Assembly (NCBI RefSeq): GCF_902713615.1
Contig: NC_052154.1
Coordinates: forward strand, 137,929,263 to 137,993,262
DNA length: 64,000 nt
Reading direction: 5' to 3'
From: Scyliorhinus canicula
Lineage: Eukaryota
The translations under genes were made by a program, and so were the position numbers. The notes below the pieces were generated by a model. That model did not search any database and was not told the DNA's origin. It saw nothing but the letters and a program-made list of their open reading frames with translations. How positions within the stretch are numbered: the stretch's first letter is position 1; each line of letters opens with the position of its first letter. Shown one piece after another: positions 50,018 to 62,570 of this stretch.

Positions 50018-50371
50018 ATGATGGAAGCCCACTTATTACTGTTTAATGTCATATGTATATGTGTGGAAACAAGACACGTTTCCCCCACAACCCCCACCGT
50101 AAATGTTAGTACAACAAACCCCCAGTGCTCAGCTCTGATCAGCGAGGTTCAGACCTGGTGTACTAAATTCATGACGTGGTACTCCATGTCCTACATAATC
50201 GAATCACTGTTGGTGATCGCGATCCTCATCATCCTAGTGCAGACCCTCAGGTTGAGGAAATGGAAGAGGAGAGCCTCTCGTTCCAGCACCTCACCCATCT
50301 ATAGAGTGCAATCCCCCATCTTCGGATTCCACCAAACCCCTCAACCCCTCACTGATTACAACACTCTGTAA
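50018..50371 (+). CDS. Small single-pass membrane protein (117 aa) in the env position
   Basis: ATGATGG good Kozak; hydrophobic N-terminus, S/T/P stalk with NVS sequon, Cys pair, TM YIIESLLVIAILIILVQTL, basic RLRKWKRR, C-terminal YNTL. Confidence 0.7.
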   Translation: MMEAHLLLFNVICICVETRHVSPTTPTVNVSTTNPQCSALISEVQTWCTKFMTWYSMSYIIESLLVIAILIILVQTLRLRKWKRRASRSSTSPIYRVQSPIFGFHQTPQPLTDYNTL

Positions 50372-50691
50372 ATAAAATTCAGCCATGTATTATATTGTTC
50401 CATACTCGACTGCCGAGTTGGGAAGTGTGATGTTGTGGTGTGAATGGTTAAGGTTTTAGAGTGATTAAATGTTTAAGTTAAGGTTAAGGTTAATAGTGAT
50501 AGGTAGAGGTTCCCAGTTGTAGTAATGCATGTCCCTTTGACATAGGGCCAAGTAGAAATGTTAGTTAAAATTTTTTTTCTCTTCTTCCCATAGTTTAGAA
50601 CAGAGTAGAACAGGAACTGGCAAGAGGTCAGAACACAAGGAAGGCAAAGTACATAGGTGATCCTTCACAATAGTATGATTGTGAGGATCAC

Positions 50692-50701
50692 AAGGAGGGA
50701 A
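50692..50701 (+). promoter_or_regulatory. 3' polypurine tract
   Basis: AAGGAGGGAA directly abutting the 3' LTR. Confidence 0.8.
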
Positions 50702-51649
50702 TGTAGCCATGCTGGCCACGCAAAATGGACACTGAGCCAAACTAAAATGGAAGACTGCTGGGAAACAGACAGTTTAGCCAGAACAGCAGTCTGCAAAGAG
50801 CAGTTTGCATTCTGCAGCAGCAGAAACCAGTTTGGGCTCAGGTGAAAAGACCTTAGCTAGGTGCAAATGGCAAAACGCTTTGCATGCTAATGAGGCCATC
50901 AGACTTGAACACCCACACAATAGATACATTTGGTTCTGAATGGACACATTCTAATCAAGACCCAGACATCGAGGCACCAGAAACCTCCAAACAAAAGGAC
51001 ATAAGAAACGCCCCCTCCATCACGGAGACCCCCTCGCATTGGGGAATTAATCCAGTATCGATAAGAAATTGATCCAATAGGTAGAGCCCGCCCGAGAAGA
51101 GGGAAGGACAATGGAACCCCTATAAAAGATAGGGACCTCGTGTTGTCCGGTCTGTTAAACCCGTGCTCCGGCTCCGACTGACATCGCGCATCCTGACTCC
51201 AGCCGTTGAGCACCAGCCGCCGAAACCGTAAGTTCAACGCTCGCTACGCGATCCAAGCCCACTAGACTCCCAAGTACCGGAACGCTTGCTGAAGGCTGCA
51301 GACAAAACCAGGACGAAGGCCTCGTTCTCTGACCTTGCCTGTTCCTGTTAGATAAGTATTCTGCTTGCTTAAGTTTAGTTATAGCTTAGTCTCTTAGTGT
51401 GTGCATGAGTATTTATTATAACTGTATAATAAATATTGATCGTTTGAACTTTACTAATCGGTGTATCGTCTTTATTACTTTGAACTTGACCTTGGAATAC
51501 TTGTGACGTTGCCTATACGGCAACTGGCGACTCCAGAGCTAAATAATTACATAGAACAGAGCCTAGCAGTGTTAAGCACACGTCGAACTCGGAGGCGTGT
51601 TAATACACTCCAATAAACGCGTTTTACGCCCATAGTAAAACGTGCAACA
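50702..51649 (+). repeat. 3' LTR (948 bp)
   Basis: Same sequence as the 5' LTR; followed by ATCC. Confidence 0.97.
51428..51433 (+). terminator. LTR polyadenylation signal
   Basis: AATAAA followed by T/GT-rich sequence; a second AATAAA lies near the LTR end. Confidence 0.65.
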
Positions 51650-52022
51650 ATCCCTGGACACAGGTCAGTGAAGGTGGAATGGGGGTCATGAGGACAGTGA
51701 TGCAGGGAGGAGCTAGGGGGTTGGCTGGTCGATGGCAAGGGAGTAATGTTCAGCCGTCTCCCACTTCATGGTGCCGGTTCCCTGAATTTGGCAGAGTGCC
51801 TGGTAACAAGGCATCCTACCCCATCCCCTTGTAGGCAGATGGGAAATCTGACAGGGTTTGATAGATTGCCTTTAGGGACCACAAAATTCTAGTGAGTTCA
51901 GAGATAATTAGTGCCAATTGGCTCATTAATGAGTCTTAATGGACATCCCACAGTGAATGGGCAAGTTCCTTGCCTTGACCCCTTCCCTCCTTCGACACAT
52001 TCAAGTGGAGTGGGGTATTACT

Positions 52023-52250
52023 TGATGCACGATCAATAACTCCTGAAGCGAGATTGTAGGACAATTGAAGGCTTTATTGAACTAGATGTTTCCCCCAGCA
52101 GCGCAGGTACAAAATGCAGCAGCTAGGGAAACACAGACTCTTATACTCAGTCTTCCTGGCAGAATCAGTAGGCAGGCTTCACCAATGATCTTACAGCATC
52201 AGGTACCTCCAACCTAGGTACCGTAATACCCCTAATACCGACTACCACAT
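52023..52250 (-). mobile_element. Short solo LTR
   Basis: TG...ACCACA termini; TTTATT and TTATA motifs give AATAAA and TATAA on the - strand. Confidence 0.5.
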
Positions 52251-54480
52251 TATCCGTCACAGAAAAGTGATGCACAGCCTCTCTCTCTTTCTCACTCTCT
52301 CTCCCCACCCACCCACCCCACCACCACCACCACCACCACCCCATCCCATCAACCACCCAATTTCATACCATCGGATGCTGGATGTTTCAGGTGGGCAGTG
52401 AGTGCATCCAGGAATTTTAACGAGAAGGGGATATCAAACTAACCCTTTCTTCACCAGCAGGCCACATAGTTGCATCAGACAACAATCGAGAGAGGAAACC
52501 CTGACTGATTTTTCCTTTCCAAGGGAATCCTGACACAAATTTCAAAGAATACTAAATTACCGCCCTGACTAAGATCAGCTAATGAAAGCTGTGTTCTTGC
52601 CACCCGAGTGGTGTGTGCGTTTATCTTTCCCTTGGAGTTAAATGGATTCGCAACAGGAGCTATATTTTCAGTGGCATTTTACGGATGACACGGTTTTGTC
52701 ACCTCAAATCTGTAATATTAGCAGGTCAATTAAACAGTGAATTACCTTTGTATATTCTAAAGTTCTATTTAAAAATTTCCTGCAATTCTATCTTAATGAG
52801 ATGTGGAGTGCGATAACTTACATACTCATTAACATAAGCATAAACTGTTGAATATCGTCATCGCGAATCATTTTATGAAATCTTTGCAATTATATAAGAA
52901 GCACTTGGAGCTTTCGTTTTATTTTGATATGCTGCTCACATCATTGTACAAGCTTTATATAGAGCAAACTTATTCCGCTTTAATTACACCGCCTCTCTAT
53001 CAGGTATTTCTTAACTGTCTCCTACAGACTGTTAGTCCCTGTGCTAATTTTGGCTCCATGCTTCATTACTTTTGCAGACCATATGCACATCGCAAAACCC
53101 GTGTGTACAATTTAATACATGCTCTGGATTAATACACAGGCTAGAGTTTGTTATTACAGGATAACTATGAGAAAAATGAAACATTCTTTTCCGACAAATT
53201 GCTCCTTGGCTTCTTTCTTGTTAATCATATTATGCACTGGTTAAAATTAAAACTAAGCACTATTAGCTGTTTAATGAGAATCGCACCCTGTGGTATTGAA
53301 AACTTTAGCTGACCACCAGCGGATAAAGGCAACAACTATTTATTTACAAGCAGAAAAACTATTTACATTCACCTATTTACAAGACACAGCAACAGCAAAC
53401 CACAACACCCTCAATCTCTTAATTCAGGCCTTGACTTCAGGTATTAAAGCTTGCACTCAGCTTTGATCCGCACGCACTCCCATTCCATTGGGTGGGGAGT
53501 CAGGTGGCCTCCAAGATTTGCCAAAACATCGGACGAGAAAGTCATGTGGTCTCTGAGGTCCGCCTCGGCATTCTTCCCCCTTCAGGTCCCCGGTACCTGA
53601 AAATGCCGATGTTAATACCCAGTCTATTGGGATCTACTTTTTATGTTGAAAGTGACCAAGTATCAGTATTGGAGTTTCTCCCCGGGAGTTGTCTCGCAAC
53701 GGCCAGCCTCTCCAATTGCTTCTCCTGGGACAAGTACCTCCTCGGCTAAGCCTCTCCAACCCCTGTGGCAAAAGACTCTGGGCGTGATCTTCCCAAAGGG
53801 GAACAAAGTCCCCAAGTGAGCCCGTTTAGCCGCCTGATTCCCAGCACTTGCAGTGCCTAGAAACACGTGGCTATTCAATGCGACTTGTTTTGAATAAAGG
53901 GCCTGAACAGGGAATGCATAGCCAAGGCCGCACATAGCCCCATTTTTTACAATGTGAGGTCCCACCGCTGGAATTCCCCGTTGTAGCAGAGATTGGGATG
54001 CTATTTTTAAATGGCATCACGATCTCCGAGGCCCCCAAATGAATTCCCGACCCCTCCCCAGCCTGAACGCAGTTTGGGAGGGTCCCCCCTCCGGTCCCTC
54101 CCCCCCCCCTCCCCCCCTCTGGGCCACCCCAACCCCACCACATCCACGCTGGGCAACCCTGACCTCATCACACACATGCATAAAATGCCAGCTTGGCACC
54201 TTGGCAGTGGCCCTGCCAGCTGGCACTATCACCTGTGCACCTTGACAGTGCCAGGATGTCACCTGGGTGGCACTGCCAGGGTGCCAGACTGGTACAGCTA
54301 AGGTGCCAGGCTGGCACCATGCCCAAAGAGCATGGAGCTAGGAGCCTCCGATCCCCTTGGAGACCCCCGTTTGAGGGGACCAGTACCAAACAGCACTCTT
54401 CCGCGGCAAAGGGATTGATTCCCCAAGCCTCAGGTACCTTGCGAATCTGACACATGTGGCACCCCACTAGTTACATCTTG

Positions 54481-55810
54481 TCATCCAGAAAAAGACCCAT
54501 TTATCCCGACTCTCAGTCTTCTATCCATCATCCAGTCTTCTATCCAAGCTAATAAATTGCCCCTAACTCCAGGCGATCTAGCCTTGTGTATTAACCTTCT
54601 GTGTGGCACTTTATCAAACACCTTCTGGAAGTCCAGATATACCACTTCTGCAGAATGACTATTATCCGCTTGGCCTGTTGCATTTTCGAAGAACTCTAGA
54701 AAATTGAATCCTCTCATGGAGTGAACTGATTTCTACGCATCTTCTCTACTGTTGTGGCACAATACTCTGTATGCTTCAGCCAATGTCTATGTCCATGTAT
54801 TTACAATGTGTATTTATTGTATGTCCGATTTTTCTCATGTATGGAACGATTACACATCTTCTCTATTGTTGCAGTACTATACTCTGCATGCTTCACCCGA
54901 TGTCTATGTCCATGTATTTACATGTATTTACATTGTGTATTTATTGTATGTCCTATGTTTCTTATGTATGGAATGATCTGCCTGGACTGAACGTAGAACA
55001 ATACTTTTAACTATACCTACACATGACAATTAATCTAAGTCTAATCTAAACATGATTTACCCTTCACAAAACCATACAGACTCTGATGGATTGTGTTTTG
55101 ACTTTCCAATTGTCCTGATATTACTTCCTTGATAATGGATTCTAACAATTTCTCAACAACGTATGTTAAACTAACTGGTCTGTAATTTCCTACATACTGC
55201 ATCCCTCCCTTTTTGAATACGGGTGTTACATTAGCATTTTTCCAATCCACTGGAACCTTTCCCGTGTCCAGGGAATGTTGGAATATTATAATCAATGGAT
55301 CTGCTATCTCCACTGCCACTTCCTTTAACACTCTAGGATATAGACCATCAGGTTCTGGGAACTTGTCTGCCTTCAATATGAACAGATTGTTGAGTATGTT
55401 TCCCTATTGATATTGATCGTTCCACCCTTTCTATTACCTCTGAATTATCCGTTCCTATCGGAATGGTACACATGTCCTCCATTGTGATAACTGGGGCAAA
55501 ATATTGATTTAGCATCTCTGTCATTTCTGGAATCCCCACTGTTAACTCTCCTGTTTCTTCTTCCAAAGGACCAGCATCCACTTTAGCGACCCACTTTCCT
55601 TTTATGTGCTTATATAAGCTTTTGCTATCCTTATGGATATTTTGCACTAGCTTTCTTTTGTAATTTATCTTAGCTCTTCTTATTACTTTTTTCATAACCC
55701 TTTGTTTATGTTTGAAATGTTTCCCAATCTTCTCGCCTGCCACTGGTCTTTGCAACATAGTATACCTTGGTTTTTGTCTTTATATTGTCCTTAACCTCCT
55801 TGCTCAGCCA
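54481..55810 (-). mobile_element. CR1 LINE ORF2 remnant, interrupted at about 54720-55045
   Basis: KFPEPDGLYPRVLKE, WKNANVTPVFKKG, NYRPVSLT, YLDFQKVFDKVPH. Confidence 0.88.
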
Positions 55811-57489
55811 TGGTTGTTTTTTTCCTGCCCACTCTACTCAGGCCAAATCTGTCCTCATGCAACAATTTCAACAATTTCAGCGTGTACTCCATTTTTTTTC
55901 CTTTCCTAAACCTGTTCCTCTTTTTTTTCCTTTCAGTTGGCAGTACAACTATTCTAGGTACATAGTTTATTTTTTTGTCTCTTTCCTTGTTGCATCACCA
56001 TTCCCTATGACCCTGTAATACAAACTCTTCTATCACTAAATCGAACCTATCTCAAACGTCCTTTTTGTCCTCGTCCCACCCACCGCTTTTTCAAACTACA
56101 TCTCTAACTTTTCCCAGTTCTCGTGAAAGGTCACAGACCTGTAACATTAACTTTGTTTCTTTCCGTAAATGCTGCCTGATGCTGTTTTTATTTCAGGTTT
56201 CTAACATCTGCAGTATTCTGGTTTTCAATTGCTGGAAATTCAAATATAGGTCTCCACGGGGATCATAATACCAACTAAGATCATCAAACAGAATAACGTG
56301 CCTTGGGGTGTTTAGCTCCATCTTCTAAACTTTGAGATAGTTCCTGTTTTTGCAATGCATTGAAGCCTGTTGCAATGCATAAGCAGGAGTTTTTGGGACC
56401 CAGCTGCATTCTATTTTCACATTGTACATTTTTGGCAGACAACAGATGTCATGTTACATGGCAACAAATGGTCGACACCAGTGTTCAACTCATGCACTTC
56501 CAACTGCTTTGTACTATTATAGTCTGAATTTCAGTGACATCAAGTTATGCAGGGGAATTGTATATGCTGCATACTGTACAATTCAACAACAAAAAATATC
56601 TCAAGGTGAGGTTCCTTTGTGGAGCAGAATATAAAAAAAACATATTGTGCATTGTAAAAATTATATGTGGAATGTGATAGAGCAGCCAGGGAACTGAGAT
56701 AGATGTAGAGATTAAATCAAATTGATTGCAATGTTCTGTACTAACAACAAACATTCAAAGATCTTAGAGATAGACAGCCACATGGAAACAGGTGACCATT
56801 TTTGTCTTCAGTTTACACATACTGTTGCAATTTAACCATTGCATTTGTGCAGATCTGGGCGCACTGGTTAAATAGCGGGAAATAGCAAAATCAAGATTTG
56901 CACAGGCGCAGACCAGTTTAAAATTCACCCAACCCGCTCCCAGTGGCAAGTCCCAGATCTCACTCAAAATTGGCGGCACATCATTACCCCTCATTTGCCT
57001 TTGTGTCAATCTCATCAGCAATATTGAAATGGAATGCAGTGGTCTTCTCGGAGTTAACCGGCTCTCCAGAGAGAAATTATGCGGGTGTCATTTAATACTT
57101 TTTTTTAAAATGTGAAACTGGTGAAATAGCTGCTGAGGTGAAATGAGGAGGTGACGAGCCATTTCCATTTTCTAGCATGCAGCTCAAGAGCACTGGAGCA
57201 CTACCCAGTGCTCGGTGGACGGGGACCCCTCAGGGGCTTGGGCTTGGTCAGGAGGCTGAAGCATTCCAGTTGGGGGTCACCCTGGGCCGGAGGGGGTGAA
57301 GAGCTTTGCGTCTGTGAGGCCTTCAAGCTATCTTTAAATATTGTGGAGATCCATAACAGGGGCAATTTTCAGCTAAAGCCTGTCTTTCCTACTAAACGCT
57401 TCCAGGACAGAGCCCTGCTGTGCCTTCAATGCTGAAATTCAATTTCATTCCCTTTGACTGTCAGCAGCCGCTAGCTGCACAACTGAAGA

Positions 57490-58440
57490 CTGTCATGTTC
57501 TGTACATTGCTCGAAGTGAATGATGAACTACAGACCATCTAGTTTAAAATAATTTATTCTAGAACAACTACGGGATTAGATAACTAAGATAAATTGAATA
57601 ATAAACAAATAACATTAAACAACTATCGTGGAACTACTGCAAACACGTTTATCTCCCAGCACGAGCTACTCCCAACTCCCAATCTCCCAATCACAGGGTC
57701 ACGTGATGGGTTTACAATGCCACCTAGTGGGCGTAGGTCGTGCATTACATTATGTACAAACTTGCCCTATCCATATCATCACATCCCCTTTCCTTTGTAA
57801 AAGAAAACTATTTACAAGCATTAAATTACTTTTTACATATCAACATGATATGCCTAACTATAAACACATTCAGGATATTTTTCTTTTTACAGTCTGTTAC
57901 AAGTTCAGTCTTTCTGGCTTACGCCTTATTTTTGTAGATCTTTTCAGTGTCTGCCGAACTGGCACAAGTTCTTCATGTTCTTTAACATTTGTAGTTTGCC
58001 TTTAATTTTCTTCATGTACTGCCGTGTCAACTTCTTGTTGTGTTGGTTCCGTATGTTCCTCAGATGTTTTAGGACTGTTGTATGCTTCTTCTGGTGGTTG
58101 TGTCATACATGGCTTGAGCATTCGCAGACTCATCGGCAAACCTCTTTATAGATTTAGCTTGAAATCTCTCCCTTGCCCCCTTTTTCTTTTACTCAGAGTG
58201 GTTGCTTCGCTGCTTCTGGATCAGCAGAGTTCTCCAACACTTGGAACTGAAGCAGTTCACACCATATGCCTTTTGTTTGCTTCCTGCACTGTGTCCAGAC
58301 GTTTACTCTCCTGCACCATGTTCAGTTTCGTCCAATTGTGATGATGTCCCTGAGGATGTCTGGCCAATCGTTCCATTGTTCTCACTTAACTCTGCTCTCA
58401 TGTTGCTGAGACAGGAGCAGGAGTCTCTGGGCCACCCTTC
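57490..58440 (-). mobile_element. Gypsy 3' LTR with PPT and adjacent internal remnant
   Basis: LTR boundary at about 57783 followed by TCCCCTTTCCTTT (PPT on - strand); IN-tail-like RRNRTWCRRVN on - strand. Confidence 0.55.
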
Positions 58441-59389
58441 ATGAAGACATACTTGATCTCTTACTGCGACATTGGATCCTTCTCAATTTCTTCTCTTTTG
58501 GTGACTAGGAATCTACTGTGGGGTTTAAGTGTAGTCTTGTATACACTTCAAAACTCAATAGAATTTAAGTTACACTTCTTGGATGCAAAGTAAAATACTT
58601 TTATTGTGTCTATTGATTATAATTGAGAGACTAATATCTTCTTGCGGTTACAAATCAAATGTTCTCAAAAAGCCCTTGCCAGCAAAAGACTTCATTAATG
58701 GACTTAATGGTTTACAACAGATTTAACTTTGAAAAATACAGTAACGGTTCTTTACTTAAAGCAAAACAGCTTGCGTGAACTTCAAGAGTTAGAGTGGAAA
58801 TATGAAAATACGAAATAAGGATAACGAGTAGTTATATGAAAGATATAGAGTGATCCTGGTTAGAAAATGTCTGCCTGGACCTCTATCTTTAAGGAGAATG
58901 TTATCAGTCTGACTCCATCTGTCCCGACCCCTGCAATGTGCTGATTGGCTTGGATGGGTCTCAAATGCATTTGGTTGGATGGTTAGTTGACAATCATCAA
59001 TGTGCAACATTATCTTGTTGAACTTTTAAAACTAATATGCATGTTGCATGTGGAATTCTTAAATGTGTGTTGGAATGAAAACTCTGCTCGTATCATTAAA
59101 CTGGTATGTGCTGAACTGTGCAATTCTGTTCATTTGAACAAAGGCAGAGCTCATATGAACTATAATGTCAATTTGACCTTCAGTATAATGTTGCATAAGC
59201 TTTAGCTAGCTTTCTTAGATGTTTCAAATTCTGTGCTTTGCCACTGCAAATTCTGCAAGCTGCGTGTTTTTGTAATCTAAGTCATGCTTGACATTATGTG
59301 ATGAAATCCAGTTTAAAATGGATTTTAAACTGGGATTTAGTATTTATATTAAAATGGCTAAATTAATTACCCTTTTACCTATCAGAAAT

Positions 59390-61010
59390 AGCCAGTTCCC
59401 TTCAGTACCTGACATCACCTCCTGAATGTCACAGCTATGTTGTATCACCTGCATCAGCTCCGGGATAACCTTGTCCAGAGGCCCAGAATCTGACTGGGAC
59501 CCAGCTGAGTCCTGGGATCCAGTGACCTCCGACTGCTGTCTCACTCAGATGTCCCTGCCTCCTCTACCTGATGTCCATCAGCAACTGTTCGGTGCTCACC
59601 AGATTGTGCCCCAGAAACCTGTCCATTAATATTGCCCATCAAGTTGTGTGTCTCTGCACTGGTGGACGCTGAGGGTAATGTGATGTTCTTTGCTTTCTGA
59701 ATGAGGATGGCTTCAAAGTGTAGTGTTTCACAAAGAACATCAAGCTAAGTTTTGAACAATGTGAATTTATTTACACTACAACTAAATTGATTAGACTTTC
59801 CTGCTAAGGTATAAAAGATTACAGATTCACTGAAACGATGATTCTAATCACTGAGCACCTGATAACACCTGTATATCTTGCCTAACAACCTTCTACCTGA
59901 ATCAAGAGTATCATGTGGTCCATGTGTATGCGCTTGATCACCATCTAGTGGTTGGATACAGTTACAGCAAATTGTTGATCCTTTATTACTCTTACAATAT
60001 ACATAATGTCATAGGTGATAGTTATGACCCTTCGATGGTTGTCTCCTCAGACCTCTCTTCCAGGGTTGTCTCTTAGGTGGTGGGATGGGGCATGACACCA
60101 GATGGCCTGGCCTCATCAGATGGAGCTCCTGCGAGACAATGGACATGTGTTTTAAGGTAAAGATAGATAGTTTTTTGAAGAATAAAGGGATTAAGGGTTA
60201 TGGTGTTCGGGCCGGAAAGTGGAGCTGAGTCCACAAAATATCAGCCATGATCTAATTGAATGGCGGAGCAGGCTCGAGGGGCCAGATGGCCTACTCCTGT
60301 TCCTAGTTCTTATGTTCTTATGTTCTTATGGTTAGTGAGAGGGAAGGATAATTATATCTGACATGAACTACTCACTTGAGACAGGTCATCTTGATGAAGG
60401 GGCAGTGGATCCTCACCTCTCTGGCCAGCCCCGCGATCTCCAAGCTCCATTCCTCCATTCCATAGGGGGTGAGGATTCGGACCTCTGGTACTCTATCCCT
60501 CATTTTGGCCTTTTCCCATTTATTATGGGCTATCTTCTCTTGTGAGGACAATGAGATAGCTTTGTGAGCCACACGCTTGTTGGGTTAGGTGTGTCTGTAG
60601 CAGGTGACATGTGTGGGCACCGTACCTGGACATGAAGGGGTCGTGCTGGTGGGTACCAGGAGATTCTGTACAACAAACATGAAGGTAGGTGTGGAGAGAG
60701 TGTGAGGTGTCAACCAGTGATCTGTGTGGGTGAGGGTTTGGGAATTTGAGGCGTGGCAGGTGGCACTTATGCCTGGAGAGAGGTGGTAACCTACCCTTGC
60801 AGCTCAGTGGAGATCATTGGTCTTCTTCTGACATTGGACGGCGGTTCTCATGGTCATGCTGCCCGCCACTGCTGCCACTGCCTCCCAGGCGCCATTGCTG
60901 ACCTGTCTGCTGGGTCTCCGACCCCCTCAGGGGAACAGGATGTCCCGTCACACATCCAAAGTGTGGAGAAACCTGGCCAGGTCAGCATCCCCAAAGCAAG
61001 GAGCAGGTTG
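59390..61010 (-). mobile_element. Third Harbinger Myb/SANT-like remnant
   Basis: ORF 60372..60572 QEKIAHNKWEKAKMRDRVPEVRILT resembles the 20172 region. Confidence 0.55.
60150..60330 (+). mobile_element. CR1 3' end
   Basis: GAATGGCGGAGCAGGCTCGAGGGGCC and (TTCTTATG)n tail. Confidence 0.8.
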
Positions 61011-62079
61011 TGCACTCTGCCAAACCTATGTGTTGACGAGGAGTGATTGCTGAGTTTTAAAAGCAGCTCTCCTTGTTAGCGACAAGACACTGAAGCGCCA
61101 GTCTGCCGAATCAGATGGCCAGTGTTGACGAGACTCACATGGGGGATTATTTTCAGCATTAAGTGCCGTTGAATTTGGGTCGCAATCTAGCCAATGCGGC
61201 TGTCGAGGAACATCAAACTCGCTCAAAATGAACTTAGAAATGTTTCCATTAAATAGCACCCACTATCTTTACTTGCCAAATCCCATTAAAAGATACGAAA
61301 CGTGTTGTCAAAATAATTTCTATGTGCTAGACACAGATGTAAATCTATTATGTGAAGTTGAGGGAATGTATTTTGTCAGCAGCAAACAATAACCTAACTT
61401 CCTCATATTGAGAAAAGGGATGAATCCAGTTTCAAATCTGAATCATCCCAATACTGATAGACTTGGAAAAAATCCAGTTCAAGCCTGATTTTTGATAACA
61501 GGAACAACAGAGATTTGATATGACAGCAAAATTGAACAACTCACATACAAATTATTTTAGAAACGTCTGCAGTACATTTGTGAGAGGGAGAATAAAATAA
61601 AAGTACCAATAATTTGAGTCTGCTGCTCTTTGATGTAATCTTTAAATAGCGTTTGACAATGCAGAGTTACAGGAAATATGCCCTTCCACTGAAAGAACAT
61701 TGTATTGAGGGAACGCTGATAGATAATAACCTTTTAGAATTGTATAAGTTTGGTACTTTCAAAATCAACTCCATAGAGTCTGTTCTTTGACAGTTGTTCA
61801 CCTCCAAGTGCCAACCCATTTCATTTTTACTTTTTCTGTTGTTTCACCTCTTGTCTTGAAATCACAGGACGCATGACTACTTTGCTGCACCAGTTCATGG
61901 ATGGAAAAACACCATAAGACCATCAGACCTAGGAGCAGAAGTCGGCCATTCGCTTCTCCCCGTGTCTGCATGGGTTTCACCCCCACAACCCAAAGATGTG
62001 CCGGTTAGGTGGATTGGCCATGTTAAAATTGCCCCTTAATTGGAAAAAAAATAATTTGATACTCTCAATTTTACTAAAA

Positions 62080-62570
62080 AGAAGTAGGCCATTCGGCCCA
62101 TCGAGTCTGCTCCACCATTCAATGAGACCATGACTGATCTGATATGATAATCCTCAACTCCACTTTTCCACCTTATCCCCATGACCCTTGATTCACTTAC
62201 TGATTAAAAGTCTGTCTATCTCAGCCGTGAACATACCATCCACTACAGCTCTGGGTAAAGACCTCCACAGATTTCTACTCTCTGAGAGAACAAATTCCTC
62301 CTCTTAAATGGGTGACCCCTTACTCTTTGATTATGTCCTCTCCCACAAGAGGAAACATCCTCTCAGCATCTACCCTGTCAAATCCCCTGAGAATCTTATA
62401 TACCTCAATAAGGTCACCTCTCATTCTTTTAAACTGCAATGAGTACAGGCACAACATACTCAACCTCTCCTCATAAGAAAATCCCTCTAAACCTGGGATC
62501 AACGGAGTGAACCTTCTCTTGACTGCCTCCAACGCCAATATATCTTTCCTTAGATAAGGGGACCAAACCA
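62080..62570 (-). mobile_element. CR1 LINE 3' end
   Basis: ALEAVKRRFTPLIPGLEGFSYEERL...RGDLIEVYKIL. Confidence 0.85.

Larger units (their letters stand above)
41836..51649 (+). mobile_element. Complete young env-less endogenous retrovirus-like provirus (9814 bp)
   Basis: TG...CA LTR pair, ATCC duplication at 41832-41835 and 51650-51653, PBS, PPT, uninterrupted gag and pol. Confidence 0.97.

Noticed and set aside
54730-54990. Two roughly 125-bp tandem units as a regular array
   Set aside because: Only two diverged units, resembling a retroposon 3' region; no repeat-spacer structure, and the DNA is eukaryotic
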